Assembly: GCF_006345805.1 (NCBI RefSeq)
Contig: NC_043013.1
Location: 9,424,001 to 9,488,000 of the forward strand
Length of the DNA: 64,000 nt
Direction of reading: 5' to 3'
Source: Octopus sinensis
Lineage: Eukaryota
Position 1 is the stretch's first letter. The number at the start of each line of letters is the position of its first letter. A model generated the notes under the pieces. That model was not told where the DNA came from and ran no database searches. It was given only the letters and a program-made list of their open reading frames with translations. Made by a program: the position numbers and the translations under genes. Shown here one piece after another: positions 36,765 through 50,500 of this stretch.

Positions 36765-37803
36765 TAGTTTTATTTTATAGCGTGCTTTCACTTCACTAAT
36801 CGAGCGCAGCTCTGTGTGCCTTGGGTATGTGCTGTGATTTGTTGTGATGCTCTGATGGTATTGTATGAAAGTGTTCTGCGTAGTGCCTAGTAGTGCAATT
36901 TTCTGTATGTTATATGTGTTTGTAAGTCCTGGGTTTTTTTATGTATTTGTCTGAATATTTTTTTATCATGCCTAATGCACCTACTATGATAGGAATTGTT
37001 TCTGTTTTCAGATTCCACATTCTAGTTACCTCTATTTCCAGGTCTTTGTATTTTGAGAGTTTCTCCATTTCTTTTAGAGACACCTTGTCATCTGCCGGTA
37101 TTGATACATCAATTAGAAAGCATTTTTTTCCTTCATGATCTCTGACAACTATATCTGGTCTGTTGGCCTTAATTTCTCTATCTGTGTGTATCGGCATATC
37201 CCAGAGTATGGTTGCTTTCTCGTTTTCTGTGACCTTTTCTGGTGTGTGCCTATACCATCTTTTTTCTGTTGTTATTCCATAATGTTGGCATAGCTTCCAA
37301 TGTATGTAGGTTCCAACTCTGTCATGTCTGTGAATATATTCCTTCTTAGCCAGGACTGGTCAGCTAGAGATAATATGATTTATTGTTTCTTGTCCATCTC
37401 CACATATTCTGCAGTTACTTGTAATATTTCTTTTCATTACATGTTTTTGGTAATTTCTGGTGGGGAGGCTTTGGTCTTGTGCTGCAATTAAAAATCCCTC
37501 TGTTTCTGCTTTGAGTCCTGAGCTTCTCAACCATTGCTGGGATTTTTCTTTGTCTATTTCTTTTGCGTTTAGTTTAGTGCAGTTTTTACCATGAAGGGGC
37601 TTTTCTTGCCATCGTTTTATCATGGTTCGTTGCTGTTCTATTTTTAGTTTGGATTTCATTTGTTTTATAGCTTTTGTTGTTTCTTCATCATGTTCTTCTT
37701 CTTCTTCGTATTTTTTAGGTGGTATGATTTCTTGTTTGTATTTGTCAGCTTCCTTAAATACTGAGAACAGTTTTTTGTTTTGCTCGTGTTTTGCTGCTAT
37801 CTA
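36762..37803 (-). pseudogene. R4/Dong-type LINE fragment 2, with 3' end and (AAT)n tail
   Basis: RWQEKPLHG..QQWLRSSGLKAETEGFLIAAQDQSLPTRNY..CRICGDGQETINHII; HTDREIKANRPDIVV..LIDVSIP..KLSKYKDLEIEV..PIIVGALG; ends at ..AAAACTACTG(AAT)n. Confidence 0.9.
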
Positions 37804-37863
37804 GATTATTATTATTATTATTATTATTATGATTAATATTATTATTAATATTATTATGATTAA

Positions 37864-37944
<81 letters not shown>

Positions 37945-38002
37945 TATCATCATCATCATCATCATCATCATTATTATCATCATCATCATATTATTATTAT
38001 TA

Positions 38003-38069
<67 letters not shown>

Positions 38070-38192
38070 TCATCATCATCATTATTATTATTATTATTAT
38101 TGTTATTATTATTATTATATTATTATTATTTTATTATTATCATCATCATCATCATTATTATCATCATCATCATCATCATATTATTATTATTA

Positions 38193-38232
<40 letters not shown>

Positions 38233-38250
38233 GCTATTATTATTATATTA
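37803..38250. repeat. (ATT/ATC)n array
   Basis: Direct reading. Confidence 0.95.
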
Positions 38251-38254
38251 AAAC

Positions 38255-39290
38255 TCACAGCTTATATTACTGGGTATGATGGAAAGTGTCAGCTGTCCGC
38301 AGTTAGTAGACTATGGTGACATTTTTTTTACTGGTCATGCTTCAAGAACCCTGCGAAGAATTCTTGCAGTTCCAATCAATGCTGATTTTTGTAGGTGTTC
38401 TACCTTCAAACTTGCACCAATCTTTTCCAGCCATATTGGTAGTTGAGGGCTGATATTTGCAAGTGCACCAATTAATATTGGTATCGCGTCTACTCTCTTT
38501 ATTGACCACATCCTTCGTATTTCCCACTTTAAATCGTTATAGCTGTTTATTTTTTCTTCTTCTTTAATATTGATCCTGTTGTCATGCTATGTCGATTATT
38601 ATACATGTTCTTGCTTTTTTTTTATTCAGCACAAGAATGTCCGGTTTCCGGTACCTGGTCAGGTGGTCGCTTTGGATCATTGCATCCCACAAGAGTTTGC
38701 AATTCTTATTTCTGGTGACTCCTTCTGGAGTTTGCTTATACCACGTCTTTGATCTTTGTAGGCCGTGATTTCCAGAGCTCCCAATGAATCATTCTTTCCA
38801 CGTTGTCATGGCGTCTTTTGTATTCGCGTTGTTCCAATTTCGGTCATTCGCTAACGATGTGCCATACCTATTTCTTTATTACCCACAAGGGGCTAAACAC
38901 AGAGGGGACAAACAAGGACAGACATAGGTATTAAGTCGATTACATCGACCCCAGTGCGTAACTGGTACTTAATTTATCGACCCCGAATGGATGAAAGGCA
39001 AAGTCGACCTCGGCGGAATTTGAACTCAGGACGTAACGACAGACGAAATACGGCTACGCATTTCGCCCGGCGTGCTGACGTTTCTGCCAGCTCGTCACAC
39101 CATTTCACCTCTCTCACCACACATTCTGCATTTGTCGCTATCGGTAGTGTTGTCTATTCTGCACTTCATATAATTAGTCCTTAAAGCTTGATCCTGAGCC
39201 GTGCATATGAGTACTTCTGTCTCTATCTTCAGGTCACTCCTCCTCATCCACAGCCACCAGTCCTCTGTATCTGCCTTCGCGTTCACAGAA

Positions 39291-39337
<47 letters not shown>

Positions 39338-39500
39338 GAGAGAGAAAGAAAGGAATTTAAGAGAAGCAGAGTAAAGGAAAAAGATAGAGTGACATTTCGA
39401 CCGCACTGGACACGATTTTCTGAGCTCCCCGTGCCACCCAAACCGTGTCTATAGTCCTTTAGGAGAGTTCTCATTTCTCCTTCGTGTTACCCACTTTTGT
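38255..39500 (-). pseudogene. R4/Dong-type LINE fragment 3, interrupted by SINE B and (GA)n
   Basis: WMRRSDLKIETEVLICTAQDQALRTNY..CRMCGERGEMV; downstream LLWD..RKPDILV..IDIA..DLKWEIRRMW..PILIGAL..LIGTARILR. Confidence 0.85.
38868..39097 (-). mobile_element. SINE family B nested in the R4/Dong fragment
   Basis: Full B consensus splitting the CCHC-finger coding region. Confidence 0.85.
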
Positions 39501-39902
39501 CTTGTTTTTCAGCCCCAAGATTTTTGTTGTATACGTATTACCATTATGAATTGTTGTCTTCATCTGGCCCTAAGCCTTTATTCTGTTTATTGCTTTGTCA
39601 CTCGTCCGTCCACTAACAGTCTCGTCTCGAGTCCGTGTCGTTTTGTTATGCTTTGGTCCCATTTCCGGCAAGTTTCTTGTCGGCGTCTCCAGAGTGGAAG
39701 CAATATTATCGATAATGGGTGAAATTGCGTTTGACCCACTGGCGGATAACTGATGAAGATTTGGTGAACTTCTGTGTTTTCTGTTCGCCTGTGTATTTAG
39801 TATATGTTCGTTTGTCGATATATTTATTTACAGGCTGGCCCAGCTACAATGGGTCTTAAAGTTAAGTCTTCTGGCGTTTGGATATTTATGTATTTGCCTG
39901 GT

Positions 39903-41045
39903 GATTGTTTTCAGCCTGTGAAACCTACCGCCTTAGCAAGTTTCTAGACATCCTACCGAAACCCTTGTTGAAATACATCAAAAGTTTCATTAGAGATGAT
40001 TTAGACATGCTAGAACACCTACCAAAAACAATTAATGAAGGGGCAATATTAGTTACCCTCGATGTTATCAATCTTTACACCGACATCAAATTCTGGTTTG
40101 GAAAAGTACCCCGAAGTACTCCCAGAACGCATAAATCGGATCTTTATTATTGAATCTTTAAGATTTATACTTCAGAACAATTATTTTCTATTTGATGATA
40201 CATACTATCGTCAGTAATGCGGAATTGCGATGGGAACGAAAGCAGCCCCTGTTCTTGCGAACCTAATAATGGGTTATTTTGAATTTACCTTATATGGAGT
40301 ATCACTTCAGAAATATGGTTATCCATTTTACGTCTACATAAGAGAAAATTGGAAAAGATACCTGGATGACTGTTTTATCATTTGGAAGAACATCAACAAA
40401 CTTTTGGATTTCAAATCAACACTAAATGATATAAATAATAACATTCAATTCACAATAGAATATAACAAAGAACAACTCCTATATATCTCAACACATAACC
40501 CCAGAAACAGTGAGGCATTCAACAATATTGTGCAAAATCTTCCTTTACTAATTAGAGATCCAAAAATGAACGACATCCTGAAAACACATAAACTTATCAA
40601 ATGCAAAAAGCAAGACAAATCGCTAAAGAGACTACTAACTTTACAAAACAACCACGAAACCAACGGTTGAAAAATGTGGACGCCCAAAACTGTGGAACCT
40701 GCCCCTACCTACTTGAAGGCTCAGATTTCCTTTTCAAACAAAGACAAAGGTTCACAATTGAAACTAGTTTCGTTTGTGCCTCTGAGAACCTAATTTATGT
40801 AATAACCTGCTCGGGTTGCGGACACAACTATATTGAACAGACGAGTATGACCTTGAGAAAGAGAACCACTCGACATAAAGAGCAAATCCGTTTCCCGCAA
40901 TACAGGCAAAATACTCTTAGTGAACATATAGAAATATGTGCAGATAACATCAAACCAAATTTCACAGTCTTCCCTTTCTACCAGTGCAAAGACACACATC
41001 TTCACAAGAACGTTTAAATAAAGAAACTTTTTACATTGAAAAATA
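39903..41045 (+). pseudogene. Penelope-like element: RT plus GIY-YIG (internally deleted, frameshifted)
   Basis: ILVTLDVINLYTDI; NNYFLFDDTYYRQ*CGIAMGTKAAPVLANLIMG; WKRYLDDCFIIW; CGTCPY..NLIYVITCSGCGHNYIEQT (Cys-rich linker, GIY-YIG). Confidence 0.9.
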
Positions 41046-41052
41046 CAGAACA

Positions 41053-41480
41053 TAGGCGCAGGAGTGGCCATATAGGCATAGGAGTGGCTGTGTGGTAAGT
41101 AGCTTGCTAACCAACCACATGGTTCCGGTTTCAGTTCCCCTGCGTGGCATCTTGGGCAAGTGTCTTCTACTATAGCCTCGGGCCGACCAATGCCTTGTGA
41201 GTGGATTTGGTAGACGGAAACTGAAAGAAGCCTGTCGTATATATGTATATATATATATGTATGTGTGTGTGTGTGTTTGTGTGTTTGTCTCCCTAGCATT
41301 GCTTGACAACTGATGCTGGTGTGTTTACGTCCCCGTCACTTAGCGGTTCGGCAAAAGAGACCGATAGAATAAGTACTGGGCTTACAAAGAATAAGTCTCG
41401 GGGTCGATTTCCTCGACTAAAGGCGGTGCTCCAGCATGGCCGCAGTCAAATGACTGAAACAAGTAAAAGAGAAAGAGAAA
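41053..41480 (+). mobile_element. SINE family A with short head stutter
   Basis: ATAGGCGCAGGAGTGGC followed by ATAGGCATAGGAGTGGCTGTG; full body and tail. Confidence 0.85.
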
Positions 41481-41889
41481 GAGAGAACACGTCTTAATAT
41501 GCACATATAACCAACTTTTATTTTTTTACATATTTAAATTCATGATTACATCACTCTACATAAATCCCATCACTAAACAAGTTTTTCGAACCCATTTTTT
41601 GTCTGTACATATATATTCCGCCCCACCTTACCGAAAGCTGAACAGTTATCTTCCTTGCCCACAACGATAACAATAATAACGATAACCAATTACCTTCCCT
41701 TATTTTTCTACGTGTGAAGTCATTCACTCGTAAATATCATCACACAAAATATGGACAAAATTTCTTCTTAAGAAAATACATATTCAAATAAGTAAAACAT
41801 AATATCATGAATAGCGATAGCGAAACCGGTCGATATATTAAATATTATATTAAAACTATGTAAGTGTGCGTATTTTCCTTTTTTAATTT

Positions 41890-41982
<93 letters not shown>

Positions 41983-42239
41983 CAAATACCTCAGATTTTT
42001 GGGCAAATGCGCTCATAGAAGGTTTGTTCCCATCTTCCAGACTAATCCTACAGCTTAGGATCAGTATAATAATAACGAAAATGACTTGTGGACGGATATT
42101 TTTAGACTTTATTAATGTATTGCGACATACGTTTCTGCATCGCACATATTCATTTGCGAGAACATTTTTATGTACATAGGATATTATCAAATATTATTCA
42201 TAACATCTGTAAATCTTGAGTATTCCTCCATTCCATGAT

Positions 42240-42669
42240 TATGTATGTATGTATGTATGTATGTATGTATGTATGTATGTATGTATGTATGTATGTACGT
42301 ATATATGTACGTACGTATGTATGTATGCATGTGTATGTGTATATGTATTTTCATGCATGTGAGTGGTGTGGTATGTGTATGCGCGCGCGTTTATGTGGTG
42401 TGTGTGCGTGTGAGTGTATTTTTCGGTACAAAAAATTGTGCCAACAAAAGGGGAAAATAGAGTACTCAATATCAGATGTAAGGTTACAATATGTTTATTG
42501 CAAAACTGAAAAAAGAAGCAAAATCACCAACTGTTACTCTGAATTTGGAGTAGCAGAAGATTGACTCAACCGAAATAGAAATTAAAAAAATATTAACCTC
42601 CACTATGATATCCAGTATTCTTCCTTTCAACAGTAAACACTAAACGTGTGTGTCTGTGTGGTGTGTGTA

Positions 42670-42706
<37 letters not shown>

Positions 42707-42904
42707 CAATATATATATATATATATATATAATATATATATATATCCATATACATATATATATATATATATTATATATATTATATGTATATATATATATT
42801 TATATGTATATATATATATATATGCACATACAATATATACACACATAAATATGGTATATATATACACGTATAATACATATAGCGTATATATTAAATATTC
42901 TATG

Positions 42905-42935
<31 letters not shown>

Positions 42936-43003
42936 GTGTATATATATTATATATATATGTATATATATAATATATATTATATATAATACATATATACATA
43001 TAT

Positions 43004-43039
<36 letters not shown>

Positions 43040-43074
43040 GTTTGTGTATTTATATATATATATGTATATATGTA

Positions 43075-43130
<56 letters not shown>

Positions 43131-43173
43131 TACATATATATCATATAATATATATATATATATATATAGATAT

Positions 43174-43235
<62 letters not shown>
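42240..43235. repeat. Cluster of (TATG)n and long interrupted (TA)n arrays
   Basis: Direct reading (42240-42330; 42660-43235). Confidence 0.9.
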
Positions 43236-43236
<1 letters not shown>

Positions 43237-43426
43237 TACTCAACAATGTTTTGACACAAACAGGGAAACAGAATTCAAAACATGAGTATAAGTATTTTTT
43301 ATATTTAATTGAAGAAGTTATAGAGTGACTCAAGGGCAGAGAGCTCCATACATTGCCAACGCACAAAAATCTTGGTCCCTGCTTCACTTTGTAATTTCTG
43401 CCGATTGAAAATAATATAGCATTATA

Positions 43427-44636
43427 CAGGGTGTGTAAGGTATTTGAGGACATACTTTTTTTGGGTCATTGCTGCAGTTTTTTGCTAACTCTATATAATC
43501 TTTGTTTCAGAAGGAAATAATGGCAGACACTCAGCTTACTCAAGAAATGAAGAGGCAGCTGTAATTGTGGTTATAAAGGCTGAGCATAGCGATTTAGAAA
43601 TATCTCGATTTTTAAAAGTTGCCAGATCTTTCTTCTACAAAGTTTGTAAGGAGCTGAAAAAGCATTCTAAACACTCTGAAATCATCAGAACACCTGAATT
43701 TATCCAGCTAGTTCAATAGACCATTGATTATAATCCCAGAAAGTCCACGAGGTCAATTGCAAAAGATTTTCATGTGTCACAAGGAACAGTAAAAAATGTT
43801 GTCCACGAAGACATCAGATATAAGTCTTATATGATGAGGAAAGGCAAATTTTTCAGAAAAAGCTAAAGAAAATCACCACATCAGATCTAAAAGGCTCTTA
43901 AACTGAAAAGTCCAGCAGAAGATGATTTGATTTGGTTTTTCTTAAACGAGAAAAACTTTGACCAAGTTCAAAATCTAACAGAAGAAATGACAGATGGTTA
44001 TGTGCAGACCCTTCTGAAGTTCCAAGTGTTATGCATACAAAATTCCTGCAACTGTCGTGGTTTTAGGTTGTCAGCAATGACGGACATATGATGCCCCTAA
44101 CTTCTTTTCCAAAGGCCTTAGAGTTAATTCGGCCGCTTACATTGAAGTCCTGGAAATAATTGTTAAGCCCAGGATAGACGATGTATGCAATGGAAGTCAC
44201 ATATGTGTTTCAGTAAGACTCTGCACTATCATACATGGCTCTAGTAACACAGGAATGGAAGGCTGAAAATTTTCATGATCACATAACCCATAACATTTGG
44301 CCTCCCAATTCGCCAGATCTCAATCCATTGGATTATTACATGTAGAGCCTTGTTGAGAGAGAGGTAAATGAACACGCCCACAACACCAAAGATTCTTTGA
44401 AAGCTGTCATAGTCAGAGTAATGTCTGAAATGAACCAGGACCACTTGATTTGAGCATGTAGATGATTTAGATCTCATATAGAAGCAGTTGCTGAAGCTGA
44501 AGGGGGCTTTATTATAGAAAAGGTTTATTTTTATCCTCATAGCATTTTTTGATAAATATAGTTATTATCTGTTATTATATATATCTATTTTTCTTTTATA
44601 AACATAAATTTGTCCTCAAATATCTTACGCACCTTG
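43427..44636 (+). mobile_element. Full-length decayed DD37D (maT-type) Tc1/mariner transposon
   Basis: TA TSDs; TIRs CAGGGTGTGTAAGGTATTTGAGGACA / TGTCCTCAAATATCTTACGCACCTTG; WFFLNEKNF, FQ*DSALSYMA and WPPNSPDLNPLDYY, with 37 residues between the second and third D. Confidence 0.9.
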
Positions 44637-44662
44637 TATATCATATCGTATCCCCTTATTTA

Positions 44663-44868
44663 TTTATTTACAGGACACAATATACGTCTTTAAGTGCTAC
44701 TAATAGTTTCATATGTCGAGAAACATCTTAAACATATTCATCAGGCACAAACCAAATGTCATAACGTCATGATATGTGGTTTGTTCGTGATGAATTTGTT
44801 TGAGATATTTCTCAACATACGAAAATGTTAGTAGCACTTAAACACATGTATTGTGTCCTGTAAATAAA
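44663..44868. repeat. 206-bp palindrome (92-bp arms, ~87% identical) carrying hammerheads
   Basis: 44663-44754 vs 44777-44868, 12 mismatches counted. Confidence 0.9.
44694..44748 (-). ncRNA. Canonical type I hammerhead ribozyme
   Basis: Minus strand: GTGC-CTGATGA-ATATGT(loop)ACATAT-GAAA-CT-ATT-AGT-A-GCAC; 4-bp stem I, 6-bp stem II, 3-bp stem III, GUA cleavage after 44698. Confidence 0.85.
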
Positions 44869-45018
44869 AAAACCCAGTTATCTCTCTCCAGATCGAGTAC
44901 TTTTTTTGTTGAATTTTTTAATCCCGGAACAGTAAAATGCACACGCACACACACACACACACTCCTCACACACACACACACACACACCACACACCCACAC
45001 ACACACACACACACACCT

Positions 45019-45057
<39 letters not shown>

Positions 45058-45321
45058 TTAATCACAGCTGTCCAGCGAACAGGAATGTGAGACTCTGAGT
45101 AATAGCTTAGTGGAAATTTTGCCGCTTTACTAAAAGCATATTACTCTACTTTTGGTATTCTAGTACTTTTGGTATTCTAGTACTAGTTTTTTTCCATCTT
45201 GTTTTGCATTTATGTGCTTATTTGTGTGTATATGAGTGTTTATTTACAAAACCTTTAATTTAATTTTTTTCTGCAATTTAATTGTTTTTCTACTTAATTA
45301 ATATCCACCTTTGTTTTACTT

Positions 45322-45359
45322 TTAGTTGAAAAAGTCGAAAAGACTGAAACCGGTACTAA
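45322..45359 (+). ncRNA. Decayed minimal hammerhead
   Basis: TTAG-ttgaaaa-AGTC(gaaaa)GACT-GAAA-C-CG-GT-A-CTAA; all stems intact but core CTGAAGA is mutated at two positions. Confidence 0.45.
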
Positions 45360-45442
45360 CCGTTACAAAATGTATTACATGATAAAATTATTTTAGCATT
45401 TTCTACCTTGCCTTATTTTCCTTATTCTATCATATCTATCTA

Positions 45443-45473
<31 letters not shown>

Positions 45474-45500
45474 TCTATTTATCTATCTATCTCTATCTAA

Positions 45501-45534
<34 letters not shown>

Positions 45535-46860
45535 TCTCTATCTATCTATCTATCTATCTATTATATCTATCTATATAATAATAAATAAAATAAAACATAT
45601 GCATATATACATACGTATATGTACGTACCTACATCTACATGTATATATACATGCATATATGGGTACAGGACACCAAAAAAACGTCGAACACAATGAGAAA
45701 CGGAAACATAAACACAAAACCAAGGAAATGGACATTTTTCTTAAACAACGAAAAATAGAGTACAGGACATACAAAACAAGGAAAATTCCCCTTCTTCAGT
45801 CGTATATATACGGCGGTGCACCAGCATGGCCGCAACTCTGAGCTGAAACTAGAGAAAAAAAATATATGTGTGTGTGTGTGTGTTTGTGTGTATATATATA
45901 TATATACGTATAAATGTATATATATTCATATAATGTGTCGTATATGCATATACACACAACACACACACACACACACATATATATATACACACACATATAT
46001 ATTTATATATATATATATATATTCACACTCTGTGTGTATATAAGTTATGCACATTAAATGAGTGTGTGTGTTTGTGTGTGTGTTTGTGTTAGCGTGTGCG
46101 CGCGCGTGGCTGATGTCACTGTCTGTATTCAATTTTCCTTCGGTCGTCATCCATCCAAATGAAGTTGTCAAGCGCTCCTCATATACAATACACAGTTCAT
46201 CTTGCCTTTCTTCGACTGTTTTCTTATTTTTCGTCAGTTTCTTTATTTATTACATTATATTTGTTTTCATTCTTCTGACAGATGATATTATCGAACTGAA
46301 AGCTTATACAATAGTTTGTCTCTGTTCTTATAAATGTCCTGAATAAAGTTCATGATTAATACTTGTTGGTGACAGCTTGAGAAATATGGCGCCTCTGTCT
46401 GAAATTATTGTTTGGACTGACGCCCACCATGTATATTTTGAAAGACCTGCTTGTGAACAAAGATCGTTTTGCGTGTGATGTTTTTATGTATGTATGTATG
46501 TATGTATGTATGTATGTATGTATGTATGTATGTATGTATGTATGTATGTATGTATGTATGTATGCATGTATGCATGTATGTATGTATGTATGTATGTATG
46601 TATGTATGTACCCGCGTATGTATGTATATATTTATGTATCTAATCTTTACATAAACATATATATATATATAATTGCATATATATTGCATATTCTCCTCAA
46701 AAAGATTGGCCTTGTGCCTAAATTAGAATCAATTATATAAAATATACATATATTATAATTATATTATATATATTATACACTCATGCACATTACATATAAA
46801 ATTATATTTATATTAAAGTGTGTGTGTGTGTATTTATATACATATATATTTATGTGTATG

Positions 46861-46879
<19 letters not shown>

Positions 46880-46899
<20 letters not shown>

Positions 46900-47110
46900 A
46901 TCCAAACAGGAAAGCACACAAAAAAAAACACAACAACGTGAGGACGTGGAACAAATATAGTATTATTGGTTTCTCAGGAAAGAAGGAAAGAAGGAGGGTT
47001 AAACGTTTCGAGCGGAGCTCTTCGTCGGAAACATAGGAGAAAGAAAGATCCAGAGAAGGGAAGACAGATCCAGAGAAGGGAAGCACGCGGTCATATTTTG
47101 AATGACCGGA
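46880..47110 (-). mobile_element. PLE-like terminal fragment with degenerate hammerhead (46998-47032)
   Basis: Minus strand GTTT-CCGACGA-A-GAGC(tcc)GCTC-GAAACGTT; core U4 mutated to C; followed by (AAT)n. Confidence 0.45.
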
Positions 47111-47152
47111 AGGGAAATATATAATAATAATAATAATATCAATAATAATAAT

Positions 47153-47220
<68 letters not shown>

Positions 47221-47289
47221 GGTACACTTATATACATATACATAATGTTATGTTATATATTTATATATCTTTTTACATATAATTTGATA

Positions 47290-47543
47290 TATATGGCTCA
47301 ACGCTCAAATGTGAGGTAGCGAGTTCGATTCCCGGACCGGGCTGGATGTTGTATTTTCATGTGCACCAGTTCACTCAGCTGTAGAAATGTGTTGCGACGT
47401 CACGGGTGCCGAGCTGTATCGACCTTTGCTTGATATGCATGGGCGACTACTGGTCTTCCATAAACAACTTTGCCCGGACTTGTGCCTTAGTGGGGAACTT
47501 TCTAGGTGCGATCCCATGGCTATTCATGACCGAAGGGGGTCTT
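47290..47543 (+). mobile_element. SINE family C (C2-like body plus tail R)
   Basis: GAGTTCGATTCCCGGACCGGG B box; CCAGTTCACTCAGCTGTAGAAATG; tail ..TTCTAGGTGCGATCCCATGG..GACCGAAGGGGGTC. Confidence 0.7.
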
Positions 47544-47564
47544 TACCGTATATATATATATATT

Positions 47565-50500
47565 CTTTCATTTATTTTCTTACTGGTCTCAGCCAGAGAC
47601 TAGGGCCATGCTGGAGCATCGACTTTGAGTGTTTTGGGGTCTTCTTTCGTACTGCTTTAGGTGAAGAAGCGAGTTGGAGGAAGCTGTTCTTCTCTGTGCC
47701 TTCTTCCGCGACGTGGCCTCATCTGGGATTTGAGGTAGAAATTTGTCCAGTTGCTTTTTGAGCGTTTCCACATCGGTACCTCGCAGATCTCTTAGGTTCC
47801 TTGGCAGAATGCTAATCAGTTGTGGTCCCCTGAAACCCAAATTGTTGCAATACTGGGTCCTTATCTGAGATTAAGGAGACGGCATCTATGGGGTTATGCA
47901 GTGCCATCCAGTTCGGTGATTGGTATAGTTTTTAAATCCATAGTTGGGAGCTAGACCTTTCAGAATCTTCCATATGCATATCACTACTTCTCGCCTTCTC
48001 TCCAGGGAGTAGAGCTTCACTTCTTGCGGCCTCTCCCTGTAGCTCATCTGTTTCACTGAGTCAATCTTCATTGTGTAGTGACGCTGGGTTGCCTCGAATT
48101 CCGTCTCCAAGTTGACGCTCTGTGGTGACCACAGTTGGGAGCAGTAATCCAGGAGACTGAGGACGAATGTCCTCCATGGGAATACCAAGATTTCCTTATT
48201 TCTGGTTCTGAATGATCTAAGGATCCATCCAGCTACTCACCTGCACAGTGTTGCCATCCTAGCTATATGCACATGGCACGTTACATCACTACTCATGTGG
48301 ATTCCCAGGTCACGCACCGATCCTAGCTCTGGGATCGCACTGCCTTCTGGTCCTATGTATTCCGATTGTAGTCGGTTTGTGGGCCGATAGCAGAGTGCTT
48401 GAAACTTATCAGTATTGAACTGCACGTTATTTTTATCAGCCCATTTATATATTGTTTGCAAGTAATTTTGCAGTTTTACTATCATCAGGGTTCTTGGCCA
48501 CCTAGCTATTTTGTATCATCAGTGTGGCTGGTGAGAGTGGCTAACTGTACAAGTGACGGCATGTCTGAGAGAGCCACTGCATACAGTAGTGGTCCCAGTA
48601 CTGTTTCCTGAGGAACTACGCTGCGAACTGATATCTTCCCATTGGCTGCAACCGCTTGACTTCTGTCCTTTAAAAGTTGTGCAGCCACTTCTAATTTTCC
48701 AGTGATACCAAGGTCGCGTTGTGTGTGACATATCATCTCATGATCAATTTTGTCAAAGACTTTGTCAAAGTCGAGATATATCACATCCACATTAGAGTGG
48801 TTGAGCTGCTGTTTCAGTACCCAATCATAATAGTGTAGTGGCTGTATAAGGCAACTCCTCCCTAGGCGGAAAACATGTAGTGTTTTTGTGAGCAAGTTAT
48901 TCTCTTCTAGGAGCGTGATCAGTCTCCTTCTGACAATGTGTTCCATGACCTTGTTAACATGTGAAGTCAGGGAGATAGGCCTGTAATTTTTAGCATCTGC
49001 TCTGCTTCTTACTTTATGGACAGGGTATATGACACCCTCTTTTAACAGTTTGGGAAGTTTTTAGCATGCAAGGAAACTCTGTATTAGCATCTGTAGTGGT
49101 TTTGCGAGAACTTTCTTGCATGTTTTTAGGAGAGCAGATGGAAATCCATCCGGTCTGAGTCTGAGCTCATCTCATCAATGGCTGGTACTACACCTTCCTC
49201 TTTTATGTCGATGTAATCGATGGTTGCCTTTCCCCCATATAGGTCTGCAGTGTTGAAGAATTTTTTAGGTTCGCCCACTTGTCAATTTCCCAATGGAAAA
49301 ATGAAGACACTCTGAGATTGCTTATTTAGTACTTCACCTACCCTCTTGGGAATCTGCAGTTAGCGAGCCATCTTCTTCATACAATGACCCTATCTTGTAA
49401 TGCACTGAGGCAGATTCTTTCACGAACTTGTTGAAGGTTTTTCTGATTTATTTTTATATTTCCTTCTGCCTTGATTTCTCTTTTTACGCTTTCTGTTTCA
49501 TGAGAGAGTCTGAGTTTTCGGTATTTCTCGCTGCCAATAAGTTGTTTATTTAAGCGATTAGTGATCTTTATTCTCTGTCTCATAAGGACTCTCCTGTCTT
49601 GAGGAATGATGTCTTTGTATGTGACTGTTCTCTTCTCTGAGATAAATTTAATGCACATGGCTCGTATTATTGACAGGAATTCTTTAAGCTTCATATCAAT
49701 GTCTTGCATAGAGAGATTTTTAGACCGATTTTGCTGGATAATCTTCAATTGACTTCCAGTTAGCCTTGTAGAAGTTCAGACTAGACGGAGTTTGGGTGCC
49801 ATCTGTGTGGAATACATCGTTAATTAGTTTTGAATAGTACATTTTCAGTTCTACCATGTTGTGATCTGAGAAGATTTTCGGTGTTATCTTCCCGTTGTGG
49901 ATAAGACCTACATTGCTGGTAAAACCGAGGTCTAATATCTTATCATTCCTGATTGAGAGGAGTATTGTTTGCTCGATGAACAGCATTTTTATGAGTTAAG
50001 TAGGGACTCTGCTTGGTTACACTCTTTGTATGTCATTCCTGAGATGGATGGATGGAAGCACTCCGTCGGTTACGACGACGAGGTTGATCCGAATCAACGG
50101 AACAGCCTGCTCGTGAAATTAACGTGTAAGTGGCTGAGCACTCCACAGACACGTGTACCCTTAACGTAGTTCTCGGGGATATTCAGCGTGACTCAGAGAG
50201 TGACAAGGCCGGCCCTTTGAAATACAGGTACAACAGAAACAGGAAGTAAGAGTGAGAGAAAGTTGTGGTGAAAGAGTACAGCAGGGATCACCACCATCCC
50301 CTGCCGGAGCCTCGTGGAACTTTTAGGTGTTTTCGCTCAATAAACACTCACAACGCCCGATCTGGGAATCGAAACCGCGATCCTATGACCGCGAGTCCGC
50401 TGCCCTAACCACCGGGCCATTGCGCCTCCACATTCTTGAGATAATGTGACCTTCGGGCCATTTGATGTTGGGGAAACTGAAGTCACCTAATCAGAAGTAT

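Noticed and set aside
39745-39780. GGATAACTGATGA upstream of the Penelope RT
   Set aside because: No stem II or GAAAC follows; at most a fragment
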